Below, piece after piece: positions 1-13,288 of a stretch of DNA of 64,000 nucleotides. The notes beneath the pieces are model-generated. The model did not search any database. It had not been told where the DNA came from and saw only the letters and a program-made list of their open reading frames with translations. Both the position numbers and the translations under genes were made by a program. The stretch is from the NCBI GenBank assembly GCA_051294905.1, contig CM119380.1:22940001-23004000 (forward strand), written 5' to 3'. This DNA comes from Botryllus schlosseri. Its lineage: Eukaryota. Within the stretch, counting starts at the first letter, position 1; every line of letters begins with the position of its first letter.

Positions 1-1179
1 TATATGAAAGGATACAAATCCCTACTAAAGAATTCCAAATTCCTCGTTACTGACCCCGTGTGGCTATTGGAGTTATAAACATGCCAGACGAAAAATGGGT
101 TATGCCAATGTGCATAAGGAAGGACGGAAATATTCGACAGGGAATGATTTATCCCCAAATCCACGAGGGAAAGAAGAGAGAAGGATAGTTGTCAGTAATT
201 TCCATATACCTACAGTGTATCAAATGTGTCATCTCGCGGCCAACTTCGTTTGAAACCCTTCCTTCCATTATCAGCAACTACTGCATATCGAGAGTCAATG
301 GAGTGTTTGCTTCTGTTTCAAGATGTCTTACGTAGCTATGGGAATGCGGGTGCTTATTTATGAATAGCGTGGTGGGATCATGATACTTTACGAACTGTAC
401 TTCAAAGGCCCACTAATTTACCGCATCGGCTTTGAAAGACGTTTGCATGTTTGTTTTATATACACACAATATTGGATTTTCCTGCACTACGAGTAAGATT
501 GTTTTTATATTCTCAGACAAAAGAACTTTTGCCGCTGCAGCTTGATCAACGACGGTACGCTTGAATGACTATATCAGTTTACTGACCCGACGTCCGTGTG
601 AAGACGATGCGAAATACCTTGCTGCTTCCGTGACTGATTCTGTACGTGTGACCATGTTGCTTTTCCCAGTATTGAATAGTCAGCAATCTATACGCAAGTT
701 GAAATGTCTGTTACAAATTGTGACGCAATCCATAGCATAGTACCGCTAAGATGAAGGCTATTCTCACCTGTCAGGATCGTTCACGGAGTCGAACAATCTG
801 CACCTCCACTCAGCGAGCTTTGTAAACAAGAATGTGAGTGATTCACCGAATCGAGTCGTTCTTGACTGATTCATTAGAATCGAATAAGGGTCAAACTTCT
901 TCATCCATATGGACGCAGTAAGCATAAAGTTATGAAATATATCATCATTGGTTTATATGTAATCGGGTTCATCAATTTTGAGCAAATATGACTTGTTATT
1001 TCTAATAACAATCACAGATTAGAAACTAGGTCACGTCGTGATATTGTAGAAAGGTTTTATCGTAAGCACGTGCTTGACGCACTGAGCTATATAAACGGCA
1101 GTCAGCTAGCGTCTGTTCTTTTGTCATATTTTGTACCATCGGAGGGCGTCTTCGTATAACTAAGGTCTGTTGTCGTGCG

Positions 1180-1213
1180 ACTATAGAGTATGACATATGT
1201 CATACTCTATAGT
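1180..1213. repeat. 34-bp perfect spacerless palindrome
   Basis: actatagagtatgacat|atgtcatactctatagt is its own reverse complement; gtgcgact occurs on both flanks. Confidence 0.9.
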
Positions 1214-1319
1214 GCGACTCATAAACTGATCGGACACTGAACCAGTATAGGACACGGACACTATGAAACAAGTGGTCAGTTCCCTTCGAATTGTCTATGC
1301 CAAGTCGGGTGCCTGCGAT

Positions 1320-2264
1320 AACCTAACCGTTGACATCGCTGGTCAACCAATTTCAAACACTAAAAATGCCAAATACCTTGGTGTTTTACTGGATTCGGAC
1401 ATGTCCTGGAAGAGTCACATACAATCACTCAAACCACAACTATCGAAGGTATGTGGTCTATTTCGCCGCCTTAGCTACACTCTGCCAGTCTGCGTGCTGT
1501 TGATACTCTTCAACACTCTATTCCTATCAAAGTTACAATACGGAATTCTTTGTTGGGGTGCGGCCTGCAAGAATACAATTGACCCACTGCAAAAACTTCA
1601 ACATCGGCTCATCCGTATCATTGCCAAAGCCCCACGGGGGCCTGGATGTGCAACTGACAATCGCTTTTTAAAAGATTTGGTGTTCTAAACTTAGAAGATA
1701 TGAGGAAGCTAGAAATTGCCAAGTTTATGTATCAGTTCCATTGCGGTCAATGTTCCTCAAATTTCAACGACTACTTCACCTCCGAGACAAAAGCTCACAA
1801 GTACAGCACACGCGCATCAACGAAGAACAACTACCATATGATCAGGACTGAACACAAGAAAACGCATTGCTCTATCAAGTATGCCGGACCCCAATTGTGG
1901 AACAGCATCTCGCCGGCTATCCGACAGTCGTCGAGCATGTCGGCATTCAAGTCGAAATACAAGCAATTTCTTCTAAATCAATACTAGCCAGTCTTCAGGA
2001 TTACTGGACCACGACCTAACATCGACCGCGCCCTCCACCACATGCCACCTCATTTTGTCGCTTGCGTCTTATATTCTCTGCATTACTTTTCATTCAGTGT
2101 GCATGCCTCGTATTTACTTCGCCTGGCTAAGGTGGGTGTCTGATCTTAAGGTTACTCCAAGTTGTTTCGACACCTTCCTATCCTTTCATTGTATCGCAGT
2201 CTTGTGATGTTTAAAAACGATGAAAATATTAATAAACCTGATTGATTGATTGATTGATTGATTG
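1320..2264 (+). mobile_element. 5'-truncated LINE (L2/Crack/CR1-like): RT C-terminus, 3'UTR and (GATT)6 tail
   Basis: ORFs 1263-1688 and 1700-1987 read KYLGVLLDSDMSWKSHI...LQYGILCWG...LQKLQHRLIRII and SIKYAGPQLWNSI, typical of the post-RT region; the frame is broken near 1640-1700; AATAAA at 2231 then GATT repeats at 2240-2264. Confidence 0.85.
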
Positions 2265-2328
2265 TAAAACCACAACTTACGCCATAAAATAAAGTACTGC
2301 ATCTTGTTATGGGTAATGAAGTATACGA

Positions 2329-2690
2329 CTGGAACATCACGCCGGCTCTCTGTCAGTCGTCGAGCATGTCAATTGTCCACATTCAAATCGAAATACAAGC
2401 AATGATGATGATGATTTCTACTGAATCTATACTAGCCATCCCTCAAAACCACAATCTGACTTATCGACCTCGCCTACCGACACCTGCAGCATTCATTTTT
2501 GTCGCTTACTTTTATGTTATTCATTCTTGAGTCCAGTGAGCATGTCTCTTATTTACATGCTGTTGGCCAAGATGTGTGTCGGATTAAAAGACTACTCCAA
2601 GTCGTTTCGGCACCCTCCTATCTTTTCGTTCTATCGCAATCTTGTGGTGTATTGATTTGATAAAAATCTCAATAACATGATGATAATGAT
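2329..2690 (+). mobile_element. Second, shorter 3' end of the same LINE family
   Basis: Re-uses tggaaca..gccggct..cagtcgtcgagcatgtc and the 3'UTR ...cctatc.tttc.tt.tatcgca.tcttgtg.tgt; ends in (ATG)n-like tail. Confidence 0.7.
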
Positions 2691-3162
2691 GACACAACGA
2701 CCCGAGTACTCAAATGCGCACGTTACGACGAAGAACTATTTGATCACGAGGAATTATCGTTTCCATACGTTTTTTTTTTCACCATGGAAGACAAACCTCG
2801 TCCGTGCCACGTGACCCGCGTAAACGGTGACCTAGAAGATAAGAACTTATGCTATAACTGCAACATAAAACATATTGTGAGTGAACCCACAACCCAGGGA
2901 TATCTAGATATCACTATTGATAACTAAGGCAAACCGGTTTACCTTAGTTATCTACAATATCACAGCCCTTACCTGTAACCCTCAAAATTTAGCGAAAGCG
3001 TTATTTCACGTCATACTGGTCGTGCTGGATGCATTTGTGACGCCATCATTGGTTATCCAGAGTATAAATGAGTTTTTGTGAACAACACGCAATATAATTT
3101 TCGATATATACATTCCAGAGCAGTTAAATGGTAAGGGTATTCGCGCATGTGCCTCCGTAAAT

Positions 3163-3432
3163 GGTTGCCCGACGTATGAGCGTGCGATACAATGGAAAAC
3201 GACAGTTGTGCATGGGGCACTTTAGCATGCGTCACTTCAGCACGTGACTTTATAACCCCAAAACTAACCCTAACCGAAACATAACCCTGAAATTAACCCT
3301 AGATATATCCTAACCCCAAGCCTTACCCTAACCCGTAATTTAACCCACATGCTCATGTGTCGCATGTCCATTGTCCAGTCCATAGTCCGATTGTCGCATG
3401 CTCATTGTTCAATGCTCATATGTAGGCTATCC
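3163..3432 (+). mobile_element. MITE-like element with degenerate (CTAACC)n core
   Basis: Imperfect terminal inverted repeats ggttgcccgacgtatgag / ctcatatgtaggctatcc; a reverse-oriented relative lies at about 51915-52141. Confidence 0.55.
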
Positions 3433-6400
3433 TGTATAAAATGTTTGACAAACGCGTCTATTCCCCACCAGAAACCAAAATTCCCCACCGGTTGGGAACC
3501 ACTGCCTTACAATGAATGGTACAATGAATATAATCAATGACGTGGTTTATCATGCTGTGCTCCGGCTTGTTTATATTAAGAGCAATCAAAACGGAACAAG
3601 AAAATAGCTTCACATTGTCTTTCTTTAGGGATAATACTGCAATTGGAAGTATATTTTGCTATAGATTATATCGGGTAAGCAGTGGTTATTTCGATGATGC
3701 ACTTTACAATTACAAATGCACAATATGCTTTCATTTTTCGCGTGACTCGCCTTCACACAAATAGTAGTTATTTCTTCATGTTACTCATAAGGCATAGTAT
3801 GATAGTGGACAAGTTTAAAATATGCAATTAATGTTATTAGGAATCTAGGATCCGGGTGAGTCAATGACAGTTGATTAATTGCACGTCGCCATGACAAATA
3901 TTGTAGTATAGAATATTTGTGATTCATTCGGTTCTCTCCACCATCATTTGCATATACTCGTCCGTCATCCATTACATTGTTCGGTATTCCTTTGCTTTAG
4001 TATCTGAAAAATTACAAACTGCACCAGCTGTTTTTTTGTTTAACTTGAAAAGTATAGTTGGAGTCGAAAAGAGCTATAGGTGAAGTCAAGCCCAACCTTG
4101 ATCTACAAATAACAATTATATTAGGACTCGAAAATAATTTAAGGAAAAAAGCACGCAAACTTGATGAAAAATTAGTCACCCAAAATAGACAAGATCGAAG
4201 ACTAATCATCTAATAGTAATAATAATAATTTCAATCGATTTGACACGGGCCCTGGTAATGTTAGCGCAGGCCAGTATTTATTTAGCACCATTGCTTGAAT
4301 CTTGTCCTTAATACGGACAATATCCATTAGGCAATGGATGCTATGCTATGTGAACTGTACTATTTCATAATTGTGACCCAGCGAAGTTGATTGGGCGCTG
4401 TCTTCCCTCACTTCGTTCCCTATAACCACGTGACGTGGCTAAAATAATTATGCAAAGAGTGATGAAATTGAAGAGGAACTAGGAAACAAATGAATGGAGG
4501 AAATACCCGCAATGTGGTATTTTCATTCAACGCACAGCTCCGCAGCTGGGAAGATTTTATATCGCCGCTGAAACTTGCGAAAGCTGCATGTGAGAAAGTA
4601 AACATACAGTAAACAAATGACTTTTGACTTAATCAGATCACTTCCGCGTGACTCAGATGGCAGACTCAGATTTTCTATTTTTGAGTGCCAGACTGAAAGG
4701 AACGAACTGTTGCTATTGTTAGCCAGCGCTAGATAAAATTCCCACCAGATTTCTGACGCTCCGCTCGACGTACAATAGGCCGGGCGGTATTGTTGTGGGG
4801 ATGATAGTAATTACTTACGCTCAAGTCATGTAAACTATTCAATGAATAATCAGAGTACTCTGAAATACCCTACTGCGTTTATCTGGTGAATCGAAGTTAT
4901 TTATATCTTGACGCAGGGCAACGCATCCTATGCTGTAGTTCTGGTCTGTCTGTTGAATAGTGCGTGCAATTAGTCCACGCTTGATATGTTGCGTATAAGT
5001 TTACGCATGGCCTAATTCTAATCTGGCTCGTTTTATGTTCTGGTTTTGACATTCTGAAGCGCAAATTCAAACCCACATAGTACGCTATATATATATATAT
5101 ATACGATCATAAATACGCAATTTCTTTCCTAACATTCTATACTTCAATATATTTATATATATAATTCTATATTCTGATGATTCCTGATGTTGGGGTTTTT
5201 GTGCATCCCTAAAACTACTTCCTTCATCTTTAGCGAAATGTTATTTTCAAATATAAACATAACATTGAACTCTATGGCTACGAACAGAGTGACGTCATGT
5301 CTTATCAGTGTTTTATGTCCAATGTCCATTGTCTATGCGTTTCAAAGATACGCGCCAGCGGCACGGCGTACTCAAAGATGAAACCGCCTTGGATACGTTG
5401 CAGAAATAATTTCGAGCAGCATTCATCGTAAAGGGGGATTTATAGTTGGCGAGATATCGGCGTGGTATGTTTCACAGCTGCAACACAAACGGATTGCGGG
5501 TTCGAGACCGACCAAGTTCAACTCCAGGATTCCAACCGCGATGCGGAGCCTGAATCTTGCGAATATATTAGCAGCCAAACTGGATTTCACCAAAACATCC
5601 GATCGAATTCGGGAGACAAAATATTCACAATCCGTGTTGGCCCACATTAATTTCATTGCCAATGTGATAAGTGATAAGATTTCCAGTGCGATTCACCGTA
5701 TGAACGTTTTCAATTTTCGGGCTCACATAATTTCTGCGATGCAGAAGTACATACTCCATATGACGAATGATGTCATGCGTAGCACAAGAGTATTGTCATT
5801 CAAATACATTCGAACGTGTCGAACTGTCTGAACATGAACCAGTCAGCTTTTCTCGATTAGTTTTCGATTCATTGTTGCGAAGTTTCAGTTGTGCCAATGT
5901 GTGTGAACTAAGACGTAACGTAACGTAACCATTTATGATTGTAATCAATGATACTAGCAATGTATTTCGCCGCGAAAACCGGTCTCACTAATAAGAAGTT
6001 CCTGCATGTGTATTGTGTAGTTTTCGCGGTCACTGAGTCATGTCTTCACTAGCCGTTATATAGTTAGTCATATTGCGAATGTTATCTTCTCATTAGTGAA
6101 GTAGCGTTGGGCTCGTAATAGCGCCGGTATAACCATAGGCTAAAAATAATTTACCTATTCTTGGATCCCTGCAGGTAGTTCGTAATAGCAACAAATACAC
6201 AGGTGTTAACTTATTTGCATGTGTACCATAATTAAGATACACTCAAGTCCGAATATTTTCTATAGAAAACAAATTTGAATATCAATTCCAAACTTGAAAG
6301 AATATAGTTTTACTGCAGATATCGATACTATTGATAGCCTTGCGGTGCTGCATTCCACCGCTGCAGCACCAATGGGCTTCGGGTTCAATTCCTTTTACAC

Positions 6401-9400
6401 AGGGTCCCTGCCTACGATAGAAGGCTTGTCCTATACCTATAGGCTTGTCGTCACCACCCGATCAACGTAGACAGTACCAGATAAAATCATAGAATAAAAA
6501 TGGACATCGCTATCGCTCGGTGGGTAGTGGGAGTGCATTCAACAGCAAATCTATGTATGCCACGTGTCTCTCGATTGTAAATGACTATTGACTATATGAC
6601 CGGGACCAACGTAGGCCCCGATATGACCCATATTTTAGCACCATTAAATAACAACAACTATTGGTGTATGAGGATTTGTGTCAACAAGTTGTAATTTACG
6701 GCAAATGCTTCAACTCGCTATCGCCACGTGTCGCGTGGTCAACATCCGGGAAATGCACGTTTAAAGACACCGTCTTTGGGCTTATACAATTAGAGTGAAA
6801 CACGTAGCCGTGCCAACAATGTGAGAACGAGAAAAACCGAAAAAAGAGAAGTTATTATTTCTTACGTAGTGCTGTGAGTAGGTAATCCTTTTTCAGTTGC
6901 TATAGGTGTTGGGTCTTCCGTTATCGTATCTGAACTGTTCGTACTACGTATCTCATTTGTCATTTGTTGCAAAATAAGTTTAATAAAGCCTATCTCTAAG
7001 TCAGAACAAGAAGATTCACTTCTGAAACAGCGAAGTTAGATATAGGGCGAAAATGATGGCCTAAGAGAATAATCCCCCTAACGGCATTATTAAGGATCAT
7101 TTGAACGGTTTACGTCATGAATGATTGAAGGATAGCTATTTAACACGGGTGTAGGTCTACAGATATATTGGTAGCATTTCGTTTAGCCACGGTATGTAAT
7201 GTTGCTAAATATTGCGTAGCGATTGGTATGATTGATTTAATAGTGACACCACGCTTTTGAGACTTTGTGTCAGGCATTCATACCTAAACATATTTCTCGA
7301 TAGGTTGCGATTGCGTTTAGTTGGTTTCTTTTCATGAGGCTGCATTTCAAATGATGCCGATCAGAATTAGGGTCTTTGTTTGTTTTCAAGTGACAAGAAT
7401 TAATTTCGTGAGTATACACCTTCTGCTACTGACGTTTAGTTTCTCCCATTTTCGTCTATTCCTTTGGCATAGAATATTTCGAAATATCCGGTGCTATTTT
7501 TAGATCATGCAAAGAATAGAATTCACTTCCGCAAGTTCAGTTTTACAAACAGGGCACCGCGAGGAAATTATTTGCAGGCAACTGATTTACCAAGCGAAAC
7601 TTGGTAAGTAACGACTGATATCCAGAGAACAGTTCGAAACAGTTGCAGAAACTTGCGCGGATGCTTCATTTTTGTGACTTAGTTTAAGGCAGTCAACCCC
7701 AATTTCAAGGAAAATGAAACATGCATATACAAGCGACTCCATTTTGTTTTCCGATATTGAGAAATATGCTTCAAGGAATGCTGTAGCTACAGTTGCATAG
7801 AAATGTTGACACAAAAAAGTATTCAAATATGATTTTGTTAATACGTTTCAATTAACACATGAACTGGATTTCACGAACATGCAATCTTCATCTGTTCCCA
7901 CGTATATTTCCCCCTGGTAATTCGATGGTAGCGCCTGCACCTGCGTCCACCAGTTTTTAAAAATGCCGCGTGACTTTGCACAAGCTTAACCGCATGTTCT
8001 ACTTCCAATGGATTCCCATGTTTCGTGTTTAATATATGATAATGGATATATGTTTAATGATTCCGACTTCACAAAACCGTGTTCTGAATACCGAGAAAAA
8101 GTCAATAATAGGCATGGTGTGAACGTGAGGTTCACGTTCGTGTTCTGTGTGTGTACCTCGGAAATTCAGAGGTTCACGTTCAAAAACGAACCTTGGTAGG
8201 TTCTGCACTGTGAACCTTTTGCCTGTACTACAATTTTCTCGTCATTATAACATCTTTGGTTGGTAGCATAACAATCAACACGAAACGAGCATGTAACTTG
8301 ACAATCTCAACAATTTTACCTACTTTGTTACAGAAGTTTGAACAAAATATCAAGCTTAGCTGTTTGTGAATATTTAGCGACTCTCTGCTGTGAGCTTGAC
8401 CCGCAATCACATAACATCGAGAGCGAAATACGGTACATGTAGGTAGTCAGCGAGTGATACTTATTCAACCAATCCATGAAATTGATATCGTCGTCTGATG
8501 TAAAAAATCTAGCAAGCGTATGGGGTCCATCTCGATTTCGAGACCGACCGAGTTCGTCTTCAGAATTCCTACCAAAGTGTTGGAGGTTTATCCAGGTTTA
8601 TCTCGTCACCTCACGCGTGTAAGCGGTGTCTTACAAGAAGTCTAGAAGTGGGCCGTGCTATTAGTCGGCAGTTACGGAAAAAATGAATAATATCTGCCAT
8701 ATGGATACCACAAAACAAACGAAGTGATCTGCAGAACCGCGTACGCTCACTCGTATATATCAGTTTTATGTTGCTCAGAACTTTTATGAACAGGTATTAG
8801 TCGACGATATACTATAGTAGCACTATTATGTCATGGAAAGTCGGTGTGCATATAGTGCATCCATGGCATAACCGCGCGAAAACTTTTAAAAGTTAATGAA
8901 TGAGTTCGGTCAATACCAATATCACTTGCATATATTGCGGGTCGCCTGTGTATGCCGCTGATGGACTCATTTGGAAAGGACAGGATCATTTTGTGCAAAG
9001 GTTTCATCGCCGACATCTTTCTGCAACTGAAGAATGGAAGTCGGATGTTGGACGACACGTTCTCTCATAATTACGAGTATATAGTCAGACTCAAATCCGT
9101 AAATTTTCAGGAGGGGGTGCTAAAAGCAAGAAATTGGGTGACAATAAATCGCGCGAAGTGCTAAGAAAAATACCAAGTGACTGGCCCCAGGTTTCGCCAA
9201 TGCGTCGGAACTGATATTTACGTCATCAACAATCCAAATTTCGCGGTAAAGCTAATCGACTTTTTGGTTGGCCTTGCAAAATGCATTATACATTGCATGG
9301 GTAATTTATTACTTCATATTATAGTTAATTTCGGGAATTATCTCGCGGGTCACGGGTTGACCGCCCGTGGCCTATAGGAACGCGAAAACACTGTACTGTA

Positions 9401-9827
9401 AAACTGAAGCAAAGGTTGTGGAATAGAACGGAATATTATTGGTCTATTTCAGGGATCCACACGCCTGGTCTATTTTCAGTAATGCGCTGAATCCGTAATA
9501 AAGATGTCGTGAAATTCGACGCCACTTACCCAGGCGGCCCGGGTACAATTACCACCGACGGAGGTTTATCGGGGCTCCTCTTCCCCCTACGTCGCCGTTC
9601 TTACTGCGACAAAAAACAAACAGTGAAAGAAGAGATGAAAAATGTACTCAAGAAGAAGGCGAATGGTAAGAGCGTCTAAAATGGACCGAATAAAGATTAA
9701 CATAAAAAACTGTGACATCGGGCACGAGGTCGACGTGGATGCAAGATTAAGAGACCGCAGCTGGTCGCTGACATAAATACACGCGCACATAAATGATATA
9801 TTTACTCTCATGTTACACTATGTACAG

Positions 9828-10228
9828 CAGGGACGGGCAACATAGAGAACGCGACGCGATTTTAAGCGGCCCGCAGACACTTTCCGGTCTTACTTGATAA
9901 TGTGGCCAGCGGGTTTACATGCACAATTTCACAGTTGCGAGCAAACATCTACGACCATGAACAATAACAAGACAGAGCTGCGTCCCAATCAAATTGGTCG
10001 ACCACAGATGTCTCATTGACTTCAACAGCTAAGTACATTACGGTAATAAATTCATGGAATACTGTTTTGGTATGTTTGTTTTAAACTTGAAGTTTACAAT
10101 ACATACGATTTATTCCTTATATAGGTGGATAAATACGCGATTAATGTATAGATTTAGGAATCCGCGGCCCGTCAAGTACTTCATTCTCCCATATACGGCC
10201 TGCCGACTGGTGAAGTTACCAGCCCCTG
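9828..10228 (+). mobile_element. Non-autonomous hAT element (401 bp)
   Basis: TIRs cagggacgggcaac / gttaccagcccctg; perfect 8-bp TSD atgtacag (9820-9827, 10229-10236); residual EQTSTTMNNNKTELR resembles the hAT dimerization domain. Confidence 0.9.
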
Positions 10229-12393
10229 ATGTACAGTATGCCTGGCAGGGTCTGAAATAAGTCCACAACACCTTCTAATATTCTGGAGAGAAATATGAAG
10301 TTCAGCCGTGGTTCATACTGCATGCGTAAACGGATTTTTCAAAGTCAGTAGTTACAAATTTAGGATCACATATCTTAGGGTGGAGCGATATCTTTAGAAT
10401 GAAGGAATAAGACTTAGCAATCTGCTATGACAATACCAATGTCTCTGTAGAAGAAAATCCAACGTCGATGGGGGTGAAGACGATTTTCCTCCATTTTAAA
10501 CATAATCCAGTTCCCAACCTTATTTTGACTTCATGTATAATATATGTGCGTACGACAGAAGTACACGCAATGTCATATCACCAAGTCGTTCTTTAACTAT
10601 GAATGCTATCAAAGATGTGCATGTATCAGAAAAATTATTGAGCTTATTCACGTCATAATAGGATGCTGTCCATGCTGTAATCGTGATTTGTAACCATAAT
10701 TAAATACGACGATTACAACGTCTTCAACTGATCGTAATCCACTAATTTTGAAAAATCTAAAGTAGTCTCAATCGATAATTTCGCAAAAATAATCGATTGC
10801 TTAGTAACAGCATGATTACTCGACTTCATAGTTTTACAAGGACTATGACATAAACTGAAAAACGGATAGTGCGATGTATCATGTTATTGATTTGACAGTA
10901 GAAGTGTCGGATTTGTCAACATCTCTGCTCATGATTACATCATTAATATGACCAACGCATATCCATTGCGTTGGCACGAATTAACCGCACGTAGCCAAGT
11001 AGTAGCTATGCATTCGATTGCAAGATTGAGAAAATCACCGCTATGCCATATTCCTGGTCATCAACAGGTAGGCTACCACTACCTCGTATAAGGAGCTTAA
11101 AAATCCCCACCTTTTCTAGGTTTCAGATCGCCAGCGAAAAAAGCTGTGTAAATGAATATCTTGTGACGTAACAGCAAATTACTTCCCAATTTCCAAGAGT
11201 TAGCTTCCTTATGATAGAGTATCACTTAATTGTTATATTGTCTTCCAATATACATGTATTTTCAATGCTCAAGTCCAAGGAAGTCAAATGAATGTCATCA
11301 TTATTACTTTTACTTTACTTTTACTATTACTTTTCATGTGATCGAAATCGATACACGTACTATTTGCAGCAATCACAATCTTATAGTCTCGCTTTTCAGA
11401 AGTAATCGTATAGTCGATTACATTGAAGCAGTATTAACCGCTACATCGTATTAGAATAAGGTGTATACTGTATATAGTAGTTCAAGTAGCACGCAAACAT
11501 CAGGAATTATTCTCTGTTCCTATATCTCTATTCGCGCCTTTGTATTCGGAGATCAATCCGCATAAACATTGGTTTACGGCCCCGCGCAGTGTGAGTTATG
11601 TACATTAATACACGCATATGATCGTCAATAACATTTAGCATATATGCTTTTGGTGATCACTGAAATGGATTTTAACGAATATCACAATGTTACTATATAT
11701 GCGTCTCGTAATAATAGCAAGGTGCATGCAGACAATATCCGTTAATCGAGATCCTCCTTCGTGCCAAATACTTCCGATGAATGCATCCAACTATTATGTA
11801 TTTTTATCTGTGTTGTGTTGACTTTGTGGAATTTGTGATTTGCATGAGGATTTTCTCCCTAAACATACTCGCGAAGTTGACATCGTGAGCCTAATGGTTT
11901 TATGCTGGAATTTAGTTTCTCAATGGTTACCAAAATTATATCCCGAAATCCAGCACAATAATGAAAGGACTTGCGGATTCTGCTGCGCACTGTTACGCAC
12001 TTTCCCTCGATTTGCAATCGATGCTGTGTCATTGATTATATATTGTCACCAAAGTTTTGGAAATTGCAACATGATCCAAACAGTACTTTGTTTTTTTTTT
12101 GCTTCCGTGATGTAATGTTATGTGTGTCTCGAATTGTTAGTAATTGCACGATGTAACTGATGGTGAATGCAGGAGTAGAATAACGATGGCTAATTTGAAT
12201 TCAAATATATATTCTTCCAGAGCAGAGTGTGACGGTTTGATATAGACCTTCTTAATATCTGCGGGTACAGGTATCAAACTAGCGCCACGCAAGTGAGAAC
12301 GTGAAACTGGAATAATGCTAGAGTATTGTGCGTAGAGGTCAAACGTTGGTGCGTCTACGCAGTACTATTCCAGCGTAGCGTTGCCAGTCGACT

Positions 12394-12455
12394 ACGTCAC
12401 GAGATGACGTTCACTTGCTCGCTAGCGGCAAGATACTACTTTCCTCATATAAATA
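12394..12455 (+). promoter_or_regulatory. Putative promoter: two CRE/ATF-like half sites and a TATA box
   Basis: ACGTCA at 12394-12399, TGACGT at 12405-12410, TATAAATA at 12448-12455, about 100 bp upstream of the signal-peptide ATG. Confidence 0.5.
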
Positions 12456-12557
12456 GACTATACGTCCGGCTATGGACATCCGGTGATGGAACATAAAGGC
12501 AGTGGAGATGTAGTGAAAGTATCAATTCATCAATCGCAGTCCGAAGAGCAACAATTA

Positions 12558-13079
12558 ATGGAATTAATATATCTTCTCACATTCGTTTACTTGGGATTTA
12601 GCACTGTCGAATCGGCGGCTATAAAAACCTGCAAAGAGAAAAGTATACGGTTCGAAGTCGCGACTGATAGAAGAATGTATCCATCTGTAAATGATGCAGG
12701 GGAGTTGGAGTTGATCCAGTCTCTGCCTGAGAAATGGTGCCGACTGCACACAGAAACGGAATCTGACGGTACTGAAGGATGGATGTTTACGCGTCTCATA
12801 GAGAAGGACGACCCAAGATGGGCATGGGCATTGACTGTCACAATGGACCATAAACTGGCCGCAGAACCACTCGACACATCAACGTTGATAGATGTACAGT
12901 CCAACACTGTGTGCAACAATCGCACATTATTTTATGTAGAAGATGAGAAAAGGAACCAAGATAAAAGATTCATTAAAACATGCGACGGAAAATACCTGGC
13001 AATATCCGAGACTGACCCTGACAATGTTTTCCAGTTTGTTGACAGCGCTCGAGATGCAACTCCAGTTGAAATTGAGTGA
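12558..13079 (+). CDS. Intronless secreted protein, 173 aa, candidate IL-1/FGF-like beta-trefoil
   Basis: Longest ORF in the window; MELIYLLTFVYLGFSTVES-AA signal peptide; 4 Cys; NRT sequon; TATA upstream and AU-rich region downstream. An in-frame upstream ATG at 12486 would add 24 aa. The gene is well supported; the fold call is inference. Confidence 0.75.
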   Translation: MELIYLLTFVYLGFSTVESAAIKTCKEKSIRFEVATDRRMYPSVNDAGELELIQSLPEKWCRLHTETESDGTEGWMFTRLIEKDDPRWAWALTVTMDHKLAAEPLDTSTLIDVQSNTVCNNRTLFYVEDEKRNQDKRFIKTCDGKYLAISETDPDNVFQFVDSARDATPVEIE

Positions 13080-13288
13080 CATCGTCACGAGCCAGAATAC
13101 AGAGGCGGCACGCTATGGCGTGAGAGAAAATATTTCCATGTTTTATAGAGACTACAAAGTAATATATTTTACAATATTTATTATAACATGCACTGTAACA
13201 GCGATGACATTGTGCTATGCAAAACCTTTATAGTTCCTTATTTTTTCACGTGTGACTGTGCTTCTTTCCTCAAAATTTTATAATTTAT

